64,000 nt of DNA from Candidatus Aenigmatarchaeota archaeon (GCA_038998335.1 JAVZHQ010000002.1:74689-138688), one strand, 5' to 3'. Positions 19,153 through 29,826 are shown, counted from the stretch's first letter. The notes: a model not told the origin generated them from the sequence alone. Numbers and translations are program-made.

Positions 19153-20148
19153 TCACTTTATTTCAAACTCTTTCTCCACGCATCTTACTTTTCCTACTAC
19201 TTCGCATCCTCCGTATTGAAGGCTTCCTTTGTAGGAAGTGTAATAGCAAAACATTGCTTTATACTTTCCTGGTTCTGCCAATTTTTCTTCCATACAATTT
19301 TTCGAGAAGGTTCTGTTTCCAGAAGTGCAATTTATAGTTTTAGGCTCATAAACTTTTTGGTTCCAACTGTAAGTAAAAATGCTAAGAGGTTTAATTTCTG
19401 TGCACAATTTTGCTTTTGCTGGACAAATCGGACAAGCTAAGCAATCGCAAGGGCATGGACAATAAGGATTAATTTCTTGCTCTATCCATTCACCATTTTT
19501 ATAGAAATACAGAAAACGCTCGTCCCAGTCATAAAAGTCTAGATAGATTGAGGAATTAAGGTTGTTTATTATCTTAAACTCTATTTCTTCTCCTTGCTTG
19601 TAATAATCCTTGAGAATAAAGTTTATCCCAGGCTCAAGACCACAAATATCCTCTATTTCTATTCTCTTGTTTTCAACTTCTATATAGCTACAAGAAAACT
19701 CACCTTTCTGTCCAACTAGACCAAAAAGATAATAAACCTTGCAGTTGGGTAGAGAAATGCTACAGCCTTCAGGTTCTTTTTTCCAGACTTTTGAAGCTTG
19801 GAATAATTCTACTGTTGTGTTAGGTTTAATGTTTTCTATACCCTCGCAACTTTTCTTTAGGAAATTGAACAAAGACTCGTCTATAAATAATGATTTTTTG
19901 TTTACTTCTTCAAAAACTGTTCCACATTTTTCTACTTTTTTGTTCAAAATCTCTAACGCTTCCTCGCTTGTTATTTCAATAGAAACAGGTTTTTGCAGGT
20001 AGTATAAGACTAGTATTACTGCAACTAAAAGAATTATCGGTATCAATAAACTTTTTACACTTATTTTTTTCTTAACTTTTTCTTTTTTCTCTCCTACTTT
20101 CTTTTCTTCCTTTTTCTCTTCCTCTTTTTTTCTTTCTTTTTTTGCCAT
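19153..20148 (-). CDS. membrane-anchored Cys-rich extracellular protein
   Basis: Lys/Glu-rich tail, single TM, CPCPCDCLACPIC cluster, Ig-like C-terminus (PGKYKA). Confidence 0.65.
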   Translation of the reverse strand: MAKKERKKEEEKKEEKKVGEKKEKVKKKISVKSLLIPIILLVAVILVLYYLQKPVSIEITSEEALEILNKKVEKCGTVFEEVNKKSLFIDESLFNFLKKSCEGIENIKPNTTVELFQASKVWKKEPEGCSISLPNCKVYYLFGLVGQKGEFSCSYIEVENKRIEIEDICGLEPGINFILKDYYKQGEEIEFKIINNLNSSIYLDFYDWDERFLYFYKNGEWIEQEINPYCPCPCDCLACPICPAKAKLCTEIKPLSIFTYSWNQKVYEPKTINCTSGNRTFSKNCMEEKLAEPGKYKAMFCYYTSYKGSLQYGGCEVVGKVRCVEKEFEIK

Positions 20149-20182
20149 AATTATTTTTTGTTGTTTTATAGTTTTAAATCTA

Positions 20183-20806
20183 CTAGAAAAAGAAAAGAAA
20201 AAGCAACAAAAGAACAGCTAAAGAAAATAGAAAGATTAAAGGAGAAAGTTCTGTATAGGGTAAATAAACTAGGCCGGTAGTTGAGCTTGAGAAAAAGAAG
20301 ATTAATGAAAAGAAAATTAACAAAGGAATAAACTTAATTAACTCCCTTTTTTGAAGATCTTGCTGAGTTTTTTCTTTTTTTACGAGTAAATAATCTATAC
20401 TACTTTTAAGCATTTGGTAAACTTTTTCACCAAAACCAATCTTCAGCAAAATTTCTTCAGGAAGAAGCAAACCTTTTTTAACATAAGTAATAAACCTTGA
20501 ATAATTTCCAGTTCTGCGGAAATCTTGTAAAATACTTTCAGCTTCTTTCTTTAAACTTATTTCCATTCTTCTCCTTAACTCAGAATAATCTTTCTTACTA
20601 TACTCCATAAGTTCAACAGAAGTTTTTGGTAAGTATTCGAGAATCAAAACATTTTCATAACTTTTAAAAACAACCCTTTTTCTCTTTTCCAAAGGCAATT
20701 TCTCCCAATAAAGTTCTGCAATTTTAGCTAAACCTTTAGTAATTTCAAAAGTAAAGCTTAAATTTTCGTCGTATAAACGATTGTAAAGATTAGAAAAAAT
20801 CTCCAT
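20183..20806 (-). CDS. hypothetical protein with C-terminal TM hairpin
   Basis: ORF track; hydrophobic C-terminus with STTGLV linker. Confidence 0.6.
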   Translation of the reverse strand: MEIFSNLYNRLYDENLSFTFEITKGLAKIAELYWEKLPLEKRKRVVFKSYENVLILEYLPKTSVELMEYSKKDYSELRRRMEISLKKEAESILQDFRRTGNYSRFITYVKKGLLLPEEILLKIGFGEKVYQMLKSSIDYLLVKKEKTQQDLQKRELIKFIPLLIFFSLIFFFSSSTTGLVYLPYTELSPLIFLFSLAVLLLLFLFFF

Positions 20807-20837
20807 TATTTAATTTTTCTCTTTGAACAGCTTAACT

Positions 20838-21074
20838 CTAACCCTTCGCTAAATGCTTTTCCATCTCTGTTATAACTTCTTCGTAAAATGGCTTTTCATA
20901 TTTTTGAGAATTGCTTTTCAAGTAATTGTAAAGAGCTAATGCTTTCTCTTTCGTTAAAGTTTTAAACTCGTTTATTGCTTCTCTTATGCTACTTAACCTT
21001 AAAATACTATAAGGGCATGGAGAGCTACAAGGTTTAAGTAGTAAGTCAAAAGTTTCAGCTAAAGCGTCTGCCAT
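20838..21074 (-). CDS. hypothetical protein
   Basis: 78-aa ORF co-oriented with elp3. Confidence 0.5.
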   Translation of the reverse strand: MADALAETFDLLLKPCSSPCPYSILRLSSIREAINEFKTLTKEKALALYNYLKSNSQKYEKPFYEEVITEMEKHLAKG

Positions 21075-21096
21075 AGTTTATAAAATAAAGTTAAAA

Positions 21097-22656
21097 CTAT
21101 AAAAGTTTTGAGACATAAGCTCCTTCTTTTTTATAACCAAGCTTATAGTAATATTTTTTAACACCAGCTCCGCTTATTACCACAATTTTTTTCTTATCAA
21201 ATTCTTCCTTAGCAATTCTTTCAGCCTCTTCTAAAAGTCTTCTCCCAAAACCTTTATGTTGAAAAGCCTCTTTCTTAAATTCACCTACAGGAACCAAAGG
21301 GCCATAAACATGGAGCTCTCTTACCAAAGCAGTTTTTTCTGTTATTTCTTTCCTAAAAGGTTTGAAAGGAATTCTTAACCTTAGGAAAGCAATTAAAACA
21401 TCATTCTTAATATCCTCAAAACTTAAAAAAATTTCTTTTCCCTTAGAAGCTAAGTAATCAAGTCTACAAAGTTTTATTTTATTAAAATCGATTTTAACTC
21501 CTTTTTCAAGCTTATGCCCCACTTCTCTATACCTTATTTCTTTTATACTTATCCCAAGTTCTTCTGCTCTTTTCTCCACAAACTCTCTCAAATTACTTTT
21601 CTTAACTCCAGCAACTATGTGGCTTGCTGGTATATCTCTTTGAACCCTTATTATCCTGCAATACTTTGGAATGTACTTTAAAGCTCTTGCTATTAGTTCT
21701 ATTGCTTCCTTTTCTTCCAAAGGTCTATACTCACCTTTCTTCCACATTTCATAAAGTTTTGTCCCCTTAATCACAAGAGTAGGGTAAATCTTAAGTGAGT
21801 CTGGTCTAAAGTCAGGGTTTTCAAAAATTTCTTTAAATTGATTTAAATCTTCTTCAAAACTTGTAAACAGGCCTGGCATAACATGCCAAGTAATTTTTAA
21901 GCAAGAGTCTTTTGCTAGTTGCGTTGCTTTAATAACATCTTCTAAAGAATGAATTCTTTGTGCTTTCTTTAAAATTTCCGGATAAATAGACTGAACCCCA
22001 ATTTCAACTCTTGTAGTAGCTAGTTTAAGCATTTGATTTATATGCTTCTTAAAACAAAAATCAGGTCTTGTTTCTATGGTTAAACCAGAACACCTTATTC
22101 TTCCTTCCTCGTTTAGTCTTATAGCTTCTTCTAAGTTTTTTGCCTCGCTTCCGTTCAAAGCATCAAAAAGTCTTTTGACAAACCATTCTTGATATTCTTT
22201 TTCTAAAGCAAGAAAGGTTCCACCTATTATTATAAGCTCAACCTTATCGATGCTGTGACCCATTAAACCATACTGATTTATTCTACAATTCACCTGAAGA
22301 AAAGGGTCATAATTATTCTGTATAGCTCTTTGAATCGCAGGTTCTAAGCCAACGTAGCTTTGTGGTGCATTCTCACCTTTTGGGCAATAAATACATATAC
22401 CAGGACATTTTGCAGGTTTAGGTACAACAGTGATAACTGAAACTCCAGAAATTGTTCTTCCTGGTTTCATAACTAAAAAATCTTTAAGCTTTTCCTTTTC
22501 TTCTTTTGTGCAAGCTTGAAGAATTTGAATGCTTGTTGGAATTTTCTTTGCATTATATTTTTTACAAACTCTTTTAACTATTGACCAAGCTTTTTCTCTT
22601 GTAAGCTTTTCTTTTTTTAGTTCCTCGATTATCTCTCTTAGCAGTTTTTCTTCCAT
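21097..22656 (-). CDS. elp3: tRNA uridine(34) acetyltransferase Elp3
   Basis: CPGICIYCP radical SAM motif, ETRPD, RELHVYG, QHKGFGRRLL GNAT. Confidence 0.95.
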   Translation of the reverse strand: MEEKLLREIIEELKKEKLTREKAWSIVKRVCKKYNAKKIPTSIQILQACTKEEKEKLKDFLVMKPGRTISGVSVITVVPKPAKCPGICIYCPKGENAPQSYVGLEPAIQRAIQNNYDPFLQVNCRINQYGLMGHSIDKVELIIIGGTFLALEKEYQEWFVKRLFDALNGSEAKNLEEAIRLNEEGRIRCSGLTIETRPDFCFKKHINQMLKLATTRVEIGVQSIYPEILKKAQRIHSLEDVIKATQLAKDSCLKITWHVMPGLFTSFEEDLNQFKEIFENPDFRPDSLKIYPTLVIKGTKLYEMWKKGEYRPLEEKEAIELIARALKYIPKYCRIIRVQRDIPASHIVAGVKKSNLREFVEKRAEELGISIKEIRYREVGHKLEKGVKIDFNKIKLCRLDYLASKGKEIFLSFEDIKNDVLIAFLRLRIPFKPFRKEITEKTALVRELHVYGPLVPVGEFKKEAFQHKGFGRRLLEEAERIAKEEFDKKKIVVISGAGVKKYYYKLGYKKEGAYVSKLL

Positions 22657-22775
22657 AATTTCATGGTTAGCAAAAGGTTATAAAAAGCTTGATTTTTTCA
22701 GTTTTTTTGAGCAATTTCAATCACTATTCTTTAGTAGCGAAATCTTTAAATAGTATCACTTATAAATAGTAACAC

Positions 22776-22931
22776 ATGAGAAAAAATACAGAAGAAATAG
22801 CATTGATAGAAGAGCAATTATACGAGGCACAAATGGCTTTGTTCAAAGCAAAAACAGTAAGAGAAGCAAAGTTCTTACAAAATAAAATAGAATACTTAAA
22901 GAAAAGAGCAAAAGAATTAGGAATAATTTAG
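22776..22931 (+). CDS. 51-aa helical microprotein, absent from ORF track
   Basis: MRKNTEEIALIEEQLYEAQMALFKAK...ELGII; TATA-like sequence upstream. Confidence 0.45.
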   Translation: MRKNTEEIALIEEQLYEAQMALFKAKTVREAKFLQNKIEYLKKRAKELGII

Positions 22932-22953
22932 CTTTTTTAATTAGCTTTCTTGT

Positions 22954-23457
22954 TTATGAAAAATAAAAAAGAAGAAGGATGTAAAAAGGAAGTAAGGATA
23001 TTATGACGTCTAACAAAAGTGTTATCAAAGCTATACTCATTGCTATTTTTGTGCTCGCCACAAAAATTTTCTTGATAATTAGGTGAACTATTCCAATTAT
23101 CAAAATAATACTAACAAAAACCCCTAAGATGAAGTAGGGAAATTCAAGAAGTTCTTCAACAATAGTTAAGATCAAAAACTGCGTTACTTCGTAAGCACTT
23201 GTCAAGAAAAGAGCAATTAAGAAAAACGTGTACTTTTTGTACCTTGCTATAAACCTGTTAAAAGATTTTCTCAAGGTTAAATTATAAGCTTTTGGTAGTA
23301 AGTAAAATGCTAAAAAAGAAATGAAATAGCTTTCTAAATTTTCGACTACAATTGCTAGAGGGATGTTCCCAACCAACATCATGTTGATAGGAATGCTTAT
23401 TAAAATAAGAAAGAAGCTAACCAAAAGGAGAATAAACATTATTCTTAATTTTCTCAT
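22954..23457 (-). CDS. multi-pass membrane protein
   Basis: 167-aa highly hydrophobic ORF. Confidence 0.65.
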   Translation of the reverse strand: MRKLRIMFILLLVSFFLILISIPINMMLVGNIPLAIVVENLESYFISFLAFYLLPKAYNLTLRKSFNRFIARYKKYTFFLIALFLTSAYEVTQFLILTIVEELLEFPYFILGVFVSIILIIGIVHLIIKKIFVASTKIAMSIALITLLLDVIISLLPFYILLLFYFS

Positions 23458-23459
23458 AA

Positions 23460-23556
23460 TAGCCCCGAGCGGATTCGAACCGCTGTCACGAGGTTTCTTC
23501 CAGGCGACCAGAGCCTTCTACTCTTTTCGTATGCTTGGCCGCTACACCACGGGGCT
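23460..23556 (-). tRNA. tRNA-Gln (CTG) with two introns (23516-23526 at 29/30; 23495-23507 at 37/38)
   Basis: AGCCCCG/CGGGGCT acceptor, reconstituted CGAGG-CTCTGGA-CCTCG arm, AGCGG-TTCGAAT-CCGCT. Confidence 0.88.
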
Positions 23557-23922
23557 ATATGTAATAATTGAATGAGAAAAATTAAAAATGTGACATTCAG
23601 AAAAATATTTTAATTTATTTTCTTCAAATATTTTTAAGTGAAAGGGATGAAAGGTGAGTTAGAAACAACTTGTAATTTCTTCTTATTCCGATTTGTTTAA
23701 AGCTTCTTGTTTAGTTAATTCTTTACATTTTAGAAAATTCTTGAGCAAAAAAATGCTAAACCTTGTGCTTAAAAACTATAAAAACATAAAAATTATTTCA
23801 ATGTCAAATTATGCGTATCGAAGATGTGATAGAAAAATAATAGAATTAATAGAAAAGCATGGTATAAAATTAATTGTTAGACAAAACTTAGGAAGACCAA
23901 GTATGATAGAGAGGCGAATAAA

Positions 23923-25779
23923 ATGAGAATTTTACAGTTGCATGTAGATTTTATAGAGTATGAACCAATAAAAAAAGAAATTGCCCAAGCAGAAGAGGCT
24001 GAAAAGAAAAAGTATAGACTTGAAGAAATTCTTGTTTTGTTCACTTGTGTGGAAGAAGGAGATGATCAAGAAGTTGCAAGGGAAGCAATAGAAGAAACTA
24101 AAGATTTTCTCCAGAAATTAAAATTAAACAGAATTTTAATCTACCCTTTTGCTCATTTAAGCTCAAACATAGCAAAGCCTGGTGAAGCCTTAAAAATAAT
24201 AAAAAAGATGGAAGAATTTGCAAGAAAAAATGGAATAGAAACTTTTAGGGCTCCTTTTGGCTGGAACAAAGCATTACAAATAAAAGTTAAAGGTCATCCT
24301 TTGGCTGAACAATCAAGACACATTTCTCCAAAGGAAAAGGAGGAAAAAGTTTCAGAAGCAATAAAAGCAGAAGAAAAGATTAAATCCTACTGGTTTATTC
24401 TTTCACCAGACGGAAAACTAACAGAAGTGGAAAAGTTTGATTTTTCAAAACATCCTAACTTAAAGAAACTTGCTGATTATGAAATTAGTAAAGTGAGAGC
24501 AGTTCAGCAAGTTCCTCCTCATGTTACTCTAATGAAAAAACTAGAAATAGCAGATTATGAAGAAGGTTCAGACCCTGGAAACTTGAGATGGTATCCAAAA
24601 GGAAGACTAATAAAATCTTTACTTGAAAATTTTGTTACTCAAAAAGTTTTAGAATATGGTGGAATGGAAGTCGAAACTCCTGTAATGTATGATTTTAACC
24701 ATCCTGCCTTAGCAAACTATCTAAACAGATTTCCTGCAAGACAGTATGTTGTTAAATCAGAAGATAAAGAGCTTTTCCTTAGGTTTTCTGCATGCTTTGG
24801 CCAGTTTTTAATGAGTAAGGATGCTCAAATCTCTTACAAAAATCTGCCTTTTAGAATATACGAGCTAACAAGATATAGCTTCAGAAGAGAAAAAAGTGGA
24901 GAAGTTGTTGGGCTTAAGAGGTTGAGAGCTTTTACTATGCCTGATGTTCATGCTTTCTGTCAAGATATGGAACAAGCTAAGCAAGAATTTTTAGTCAGGT
25001 TTAAGCTTTGCATGGAAGTTTTAAAAGAAATCGGTTTAGAAAAAGAGGATTATGAGCTTGCGATAAGGTTTACTAAAGATTTTTACGAGAAGAACAAGAG
25101 CTTTGTTCTTTCTCTAGTTAAGCTTTTTGGAAAACCTGTCTTAGTTGAAGCATGGACCGAAAGATTTTTCTACTTTGTTTTAAAGTGGGAATTCAATTTC
25201 ATCGATAACTTAAACAAAGCAGCTGCTCTTTCTACAGACCAAATTGATGTTGAAAATGCAGAAAGATATGGAATAACTTATACTGATAAAAAAGGCAAGA
25301 AAAAGCATCCTATAATACTGCATTGTTCGCCTAGTGGAGCAATAGAAAGATGTATTTATGCTCTTTTGGAAAAAGCTTATTCAGAACAGCAAAAAGGAAA
25401 TGTTCCAAAACTTCCTTTATGGCTTTCTCCTACTCAAGTAAGACTCATTCCTGTCTCGAACAAGTTTTTAGAGTATGTAGAAAAAATAGCCGAAACTTTG
25501 GAAAAAAATTGTATAAGAGTTGATGTTGATGATAGAGAAGAAACAGTAAACAAAAAAATAAGAGAAGCCGAAATAGAGTGGGTTCCTTTTATTTGTGTTA
25601 TTGGGGCTAAAGAGGTTAAAGGGAAAACTTTGGCTGTTAGAATAAGGGAGAAAAAGGAAGTTAAGGAAATGGAAGTAGAAAAATTGATAGAAATGATTAA
25701 AGATGAGGTTAGAGGAAAACCCTTCAAAGTTCTTTCTTTGCCAAAATACTTGTCGAAGCGTGCTTTTTTCACTGGCTAA
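23923..25779 (+). CDS. thrS: threonyl-tRNA synthetase, archaeal type with N-terminal editing domain
   Basis: MRILQLHVDF, YPFAHLS, KGHPLAE, FRRE, RLRAFTMPDVH, GAIER. Confidence 0.96.
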   Translation: MRILQLHVDFIEYEPIKKEIAQAEEAEKKKYRLEEILVLFTCVEEGDDQEVAREAIEETKDFLQKLKLNRILIYPFAHLSSNIAKPGEALKIIKKMEEFARKNGIETFRAPFGWNKALQIKVKGHPLAEQSRHISPKEKEEKVSEAIKAEEKIKSYWFILSPDGKLTEVEKFDFSKHPNLKKLADYEISKVRAVQQVPPHVTLMKKLEIADYEEGSDPGNLRWYPKGRLIKSLLENFVTQKVLEYGGMEVETPVMYDFNHPALANYLNRFPARQYVVKSEDKELFLRFSACFGQFLMSKDAQISYKNLPFRIYELTRYSFRREKSGEVVGLKRLRAFTMPDVHAFCQDMEQAKQEFLVRFKLCMEVLKEIGLEKEDYELAIRFTKDFYEKNKSFVLSLVKLFGKPVLVEAWTERFFYFVLKWEFNFIDNLNKAAALSTDQIDVENAERYGITYTDKKGKKKHPIILHCSPSGAIERCIYALLEKAYSEQQKGNVPKLPLWLSPTQVRLIPVSNKFLEYVEKIAETLEKNCIRVDVDDREETVNKKIREAEIEWVPFICVIGAKEVKGKTLAVRIREKKEVKEMEVEKLIEMIKDEVRGKPFKVLSLPKYLSKRAFFTG

Positions 25780-26590
25780 CAGCTTTTGAATGGTTCCAAA
25801 CCAAGTTGAACAAAGGCTCAAGCATTTGGCTTGCTGCATGCTCACTTTTACTCCAAACAACTAAGTCTTGAGTCGAATGCACACTCTTAGGATCAGTTAA
25901 ACCAAAGATTAGCTGGCTACCATCAACAACTGCAAACCTTCCGCTTATTGGTACTTCCTTTTCATTAGCAACTCTTATCTCTGCTATGCTACCCAAAGAT
26001 TTTATTGCTTCAGAGCATCTTTCTGTACTGCTTGTCACGATTTTAATCTCTACTCCCTTTTCTTTCGCTTTTCTCAAAGCTTCAAAATGGTTAGAAAACA
26101 AATCGTTTAAACCTTCAGGAGTAGTTACTATGTTAATTTTTTGGTTTGCACTTCTTATCATTGAATCAAGCTGTTGAAAAACAGAAAACTTCCCTTTTAA
26201 AGTACCTGTAACTTCTTCGGGAGAAATGACTTTAAGCCCTTGAGAATAAATGTCCATAAGCTCCCTCATCACTGGTGATTCTTTAAGTGCGTTAATTCTT
26301 TCAACTGTAGCCTTAAAATCTTCTTCTAACTTTTTCTTTGCCCTTTCAAGAGCTTCGTCTGGAGAAATCGCTACATAGCGAATGGGTTTTCCTGTTTGAA
26401 CAACAACAAAACCTTTTTCTGCTAAGGTTTGAAGAACATCATAAGCTCTACTTCTTGGCACACCAGCAATCTCAGAAAGTTCGCCTGCAGTTGAGTTTCC
26501 TCTTGCTAAAAGAGCTATCCAAAGCTTTCTTTCGTATAAGTTTAAACCTATTCCTTTCAAAGCGTCTAAAACTTTTGTTGAAGCTATCAT
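25769..26590 (-). CDS. TrmB-family transcriptional regulator
   Basis: GLNLYERKLWIALL...GVPRSRAYDVL. Confidence 0.9.
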   Translation of the reverse strand: MIASTKVLDALKGIGLNLYERKLWIALLARGNSTAGELSEIAGVPRSRAYDVLQTLAEKGFVVVQTGKPIRYVAISPDEALERAKKKLEEDFKATVERINALKESPVMRELMDIYSQGLKVISPEEVTGTLKGKFSVFQQLDSMIRSANQKINIVTTPEGLNDLFSNHFEALRKAKEKGVEIKIVTSSTERCSEAIKSLGSIAEIRVANEKEVPISGRFAVVDGSQLIFGLTDPKSVHSTQDLVVWSKSEHAASQMLEPLFNLVWNHSKAVSQ

Positions 26591-26671
26591 TTTCTCCCTT
26601 GTTACTATGTAGTGATTTAATATATAAATTATTAAACTTAACTATTTTGGAACAGATAATTTTAAATAGTT

Positions 26672-28378
26672 TTAGCCTCTTAAGCCTTGTGATTTGTATA
26701 ACTCTACTAACCTATCAATAGTGTCAGCTTCCTCTGGACCCTTATCTTCCCTTATTCTTACCAAACGAGGAAATCTCAAAGCATAACCTGAAGAGTAGTT
26801 TGGTGATTTTTGAATCTCTTGAAAGGCAACTTCTACAACAATTTTTGGTCTTATCCTTACTTCCCTTCCTTTTTCCTCAACTATTAAGTCTTTTAAAGTA
26901 TCTGTCATTAGTTGAAATTGCTCTTCTGTTAAACCTGTGCCCATCATACCGCAAGGTAAAAACTCTCCGGTATCAGGATCTCTGCAAGCTAAAACATAAG
27001 AGCTTAACCATTTTGCTCTTAGGCCTTCACCATAAGTCGCACCAACTATTACCAAATCTAAAGTTTCCATTATAGGCTTTATCTTATACATAGTTCCTAC
27101 ATGCCTTCCAAAAACGTAAGGAGAGTCTAAAATTTTAAGCATTAAACCTTCTTGTTTTGCGTTTAAAGCTTCTTGGTAGAATTCTTCTGCTGTTTTTAAG
27201 TCAGAAGTGATTATTTGTTTTGCAAGCTCAACCTTTCCAGGAATAATTCTAACTATTTTCTCCAAAATCTTCCTTCTTTCCTTAAAAGGTTTATCAAAAA
27301 GTTGTTTTCCTTCAAGGTAAACTACATCAAACAGATGAATTTGAACTGGAATTTCTTTTATCATTTTCTCTATATCATACTTTCTATGAATTCTTTGAGA
27401 AAGAACCTGAAAAGGTAAAGGTAATTTAGTTTTTGGGTTTATCGCTAAAGCTTCACCTTCCACTATACACTCTTTTGGTTTTAAGGCTTCTCTAAGGTAT
27501 TGAACTAAGTCTGGGAATTGTTTTGTAACTTCCTCTTCTCTTCTAGTAAAAAGCCAAATCTTATCTCCCTGCTTATGGGCTTGAACTCTTGCGCCATCAT
27601 ACTTGTACTCAGCTGCAATTTTTTTGAATTCGTCTAAAACTTCCTTAATACTCTCTGCCTTTTCCCCAAGCATCACTTGTATCGGTCTACCAAGCTTAAC
27701 TTTCACGCTTTTTAACCCTTCTACTCCCTTTTCCTTAGCAATTCTTGCAACTTCACCAAAATCAGAAAGTATGTTCCAAGCATACTCCACAGCTTCTGTT
27801 AATTTCTCTTTTTCTTCTTTGCTCATATTCTTTTTAAAAAGAAAAGCATCAACTATAGCATCTCTTATTATTCCTTCAGCAACCCCAATTCTTAACTCTT
27901 GAAGAATTGTTCTTACTATATACCTTGCTTCTTCTGGCTTTGCTGAAGCAAGAAGCTCTGCTATAATCTTTAACTTTTTTTCTTGCGAACCTTTACCAGT
28001 AACTACAGCTAACTCTTGCAAATTTTTAAAAACATAACTTACCGTTAACTTTTTTGTGAATAGAGTAACCTGTTTTTTGCTTTTAACACATTGCTCTGCT
28101 GCAAGACCCAAATCTCCAGTTTCCTTAAACTTTTCTTCTACTAACTCAGGTTTAACCCCTGTTGCCTTAGATATTGCTCTTATCATCATTTGAGTTGCAA
28201 TACCAAGCTCTAAACCTGTGTACTTAGGATAAACCAAACCCTGAGCAAGCAAAACCACTTTTTCTAAATCTTCTATCGGAGCTTGGGAAAATAGTTTTGC
28301 AAGTATCTCTGTCTTTTTCAGTTTTGCTGAAACATTTTCTAATTCTTTATAAACTTCAACTAGTGTCGAGTAATCCAT
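26672..28378 (-). CDS. lig: ATP-dependent DNA ligase
   Basis: EYKYDGARVQ, EGLMLK, LRFPR motifs. Confidence 0.96.
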   Translation of the reverse strand: MDYSTLVEVYKELENVSAKLKKTEILAKLFSQAPIEDLEKVVLLAQGLVYPKYTGLELGIATQMMIRAISKATGVKPELVEEKFKETGDLGLAAEQCVKSKKQVTLFTKKLTVSYVFKNLQELAVVTGKGSQEKKLKIIAELLASAKPEEARYIVRTILQELRIGVAEGIIRDAIVDAFLFKKNMSKEEKEKLTEAVEYAWNILSDFGEVARIAKEKGVEGLKSVKVKLGRPIQVMLGEKAESIKEVLDEFKKIAAEYKYDGARVQAHKQGDKIWLFTRREEEVTKQFPDLVQYLREALKPKECIVEGEALAINPKTKLPLPFQVLSQRIHRKYDIEKMIKEIPVQIHLFDVVYLEGKQLFDKPFKERRKILEKIVRIIPGKVELAKQIITSDLKTAEEFYQEALNAKQEGLMLKILDSPYVFGRHVGTMYKIKPIMETLDLVIVGATYGEGLRAKWLSSYVLACRDPDTGEFLPCGMMGTGLTEEQFQLMTDTLKDLIVEEKGREVRIRPKIVVEVAFQEIQKSPNYSSGYALRFPRLVRIREDKGPEEADTIDRLVELYKSQGLRG

Positions 28379-28409
28379 AACATTAAATTATTGTAAGTTT
28401 AAATATTTT

Positions 28410-28583
28410 ATGAATGGAATGACAGGCTGGACTTGGACCTTTGGTTTTTGCGAGACTTGTTTGAAAAATTCGCATGAAAAAGTAAAACTTGTTAAAAGAA
28501 AAATTGTTTCTGGTGATTTAGAAGGTAAATATTCAAAAGAGTTTTGGGTTTGCCCTGTTTGTGGAGCAACAAAAAGGTTATAA
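28410..28583 (+). CDS. zinc-ribbon microprotein, absent from ORF track
   Basis: Hand translation with FCETC...VCPVCG; divergent from lig. Confidence 0.6.
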   Translation: MNGMTGWTWTFGFCETCLKNSHEKVKLVKRKIVSGDLEGKYSKEFWVCPVCGATKRL

Positions 28584-28584
28584 T

Positions 28585-29079
28585 TTATGGAGTATAGTTT
28601 TTAAGAAACTCAAAAGCTTTTGAGAAAACAGGGTTTTTATTCTCAGAAACTAAGGCTATATAGAAGCGCTTATAACGACTAGCTCTAGGATTTTTAATTT
28701 TTTTCTCCCAACTTTTTGAAGTACTGCCCCCACTTATTTTCTCTAATTCAAAATTAGTCGCATAATTAAGTGAAAAAGGTAAAAAAGGCTTGAAGTTTTT
28801 ATAATTCCCAAAAAACATAACAAGCTCTATAATTGTAAAATCAAGAACTAATTCTTTTTCTTTAAGATAATTTAAATGATTAAGAGTAACTTGAGGATAA
28901 GATTCACATAAATCTAAAACTGTTGGGAACTTACCTTTTCTGTTAAAATCTATAACTTTAAACAAAACCTTTTTTTTATTTTCCCTCAAACCCATCTCTT
29001 CTACTTCATAAACCTCTTTAATGTATTTAGAAATGTTTCCATCTTTTATGCGTTCTAGCAACTCGCTAACTTCTACCAC
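28585..29079 (-). CDS. hypothetical protein (possible wHTH)
   Basis: 164-aa ORF. Confidence 0.5.
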   Translation of the reverse strand: MVEVSELLERIKDGNISKYIKEVYEVEEMGLRENKKKVLFKVIDFNRKGKFPTVLDLCESYPQVTLNHLNYLKEKELVLDFTIIELVMFFGNYKNFKPFLPFSLNYATNFELEKISGGSTSKSWEKKIKNPRASRYKRFYIALVSENKNPVFSKAFEFLKNYTP

Positions 29080-29138
29080 AAAAATTATTTAAGACCCAAA
29101 AGCTTTAATCGTTAAAACAAAAATTTATTTAGATAAAA

Positions 29139-29792
29139 ATGAACGTTTTTGAAGCGATTTTTGGAAGGAGAAGTGTAAGAAGTTTTAAAAAGGAAGAGAT
29201 TGACGATAGACTTATTGGTTTAATGCTTTATTGTGCTACGCAAGCACCTTCAGCTGGAAACACTCAAGACTGGGTTTTTATCGTGGTAAAAAATGAAGAG
29301 ATAAAAAGAAAATTAGCAAAAGCTGCTTTAGACCAAGATTTTATAATAGAAGCTCCTGTAGTTGTAGTTGTTTGCTCAGACTTGAAAAAAATAAGTTTGA
29401 GATATGAAGAGAGAGGAGAAAGATTGTATTCGATTCAAGATGTTGCAGCAGCAACTCAAAACATGTTATTAGCGGCTTATGCCTTAGGCCTAAGCTCTTG
29501 TTGGGTTGGTGCTTTTGATGAAGAAGAAGTAAAGTTTATTCTAGAACTACCAGAGCATATAAGACCTTTAGCAATAATTCCTGTTGGCTATTCGGAAGAA
29601 AAACCAGAAGCTCCACCAAGGATTCCTTTCGAAAACCTAACTTATTTAGACAGGTTTGGTGGGAAATATCAAATTGAGTTTAAACCTTTAGAAACCTATT
29701 TGAGAGAAGCTTTAAAAAAGCTTAAAACCGTGGAGAAAAAACCAACTAAAAAAATTAGCTTTGAAGAGTTTATCAAAAGGTTAGTTAAATAA
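29139..29792 (+). CDS. nitroreductase family protein
   Basis: RRSVRSF, APSAGNTQDW, GLSSCWVGAF. Confidence 0.92.
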   Translation: MNVFEAIFGRRSVRSFKKEEIDDRLIGLMLYCATQAPSAGNTQDWVFIVVKNEEIKRKLAKAALDQDFIIEAPVVVVVCSDLKKISLRYEERGERLYSIQDVAAATQNMLLAAYALGLSSCWVGAFDEEEVKFILELPEHIRPLAIIPVGYSEEKPEAPPRIPFENLTYLDRFGGKYQIEFKPLETYLREALKKLKTVEKKPTKKISFEEFIKRLVK

Positions 29793-29826
29793 ATATTAAA
29801 TTCAAAAATATAATAAGGTCGAGTAA

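Noticed and set aside
23693-23926. 77-aa ORF upstream of thrS
   Set aside because: No motif, AT-rich promoter-like region; cannot be supported as a gene
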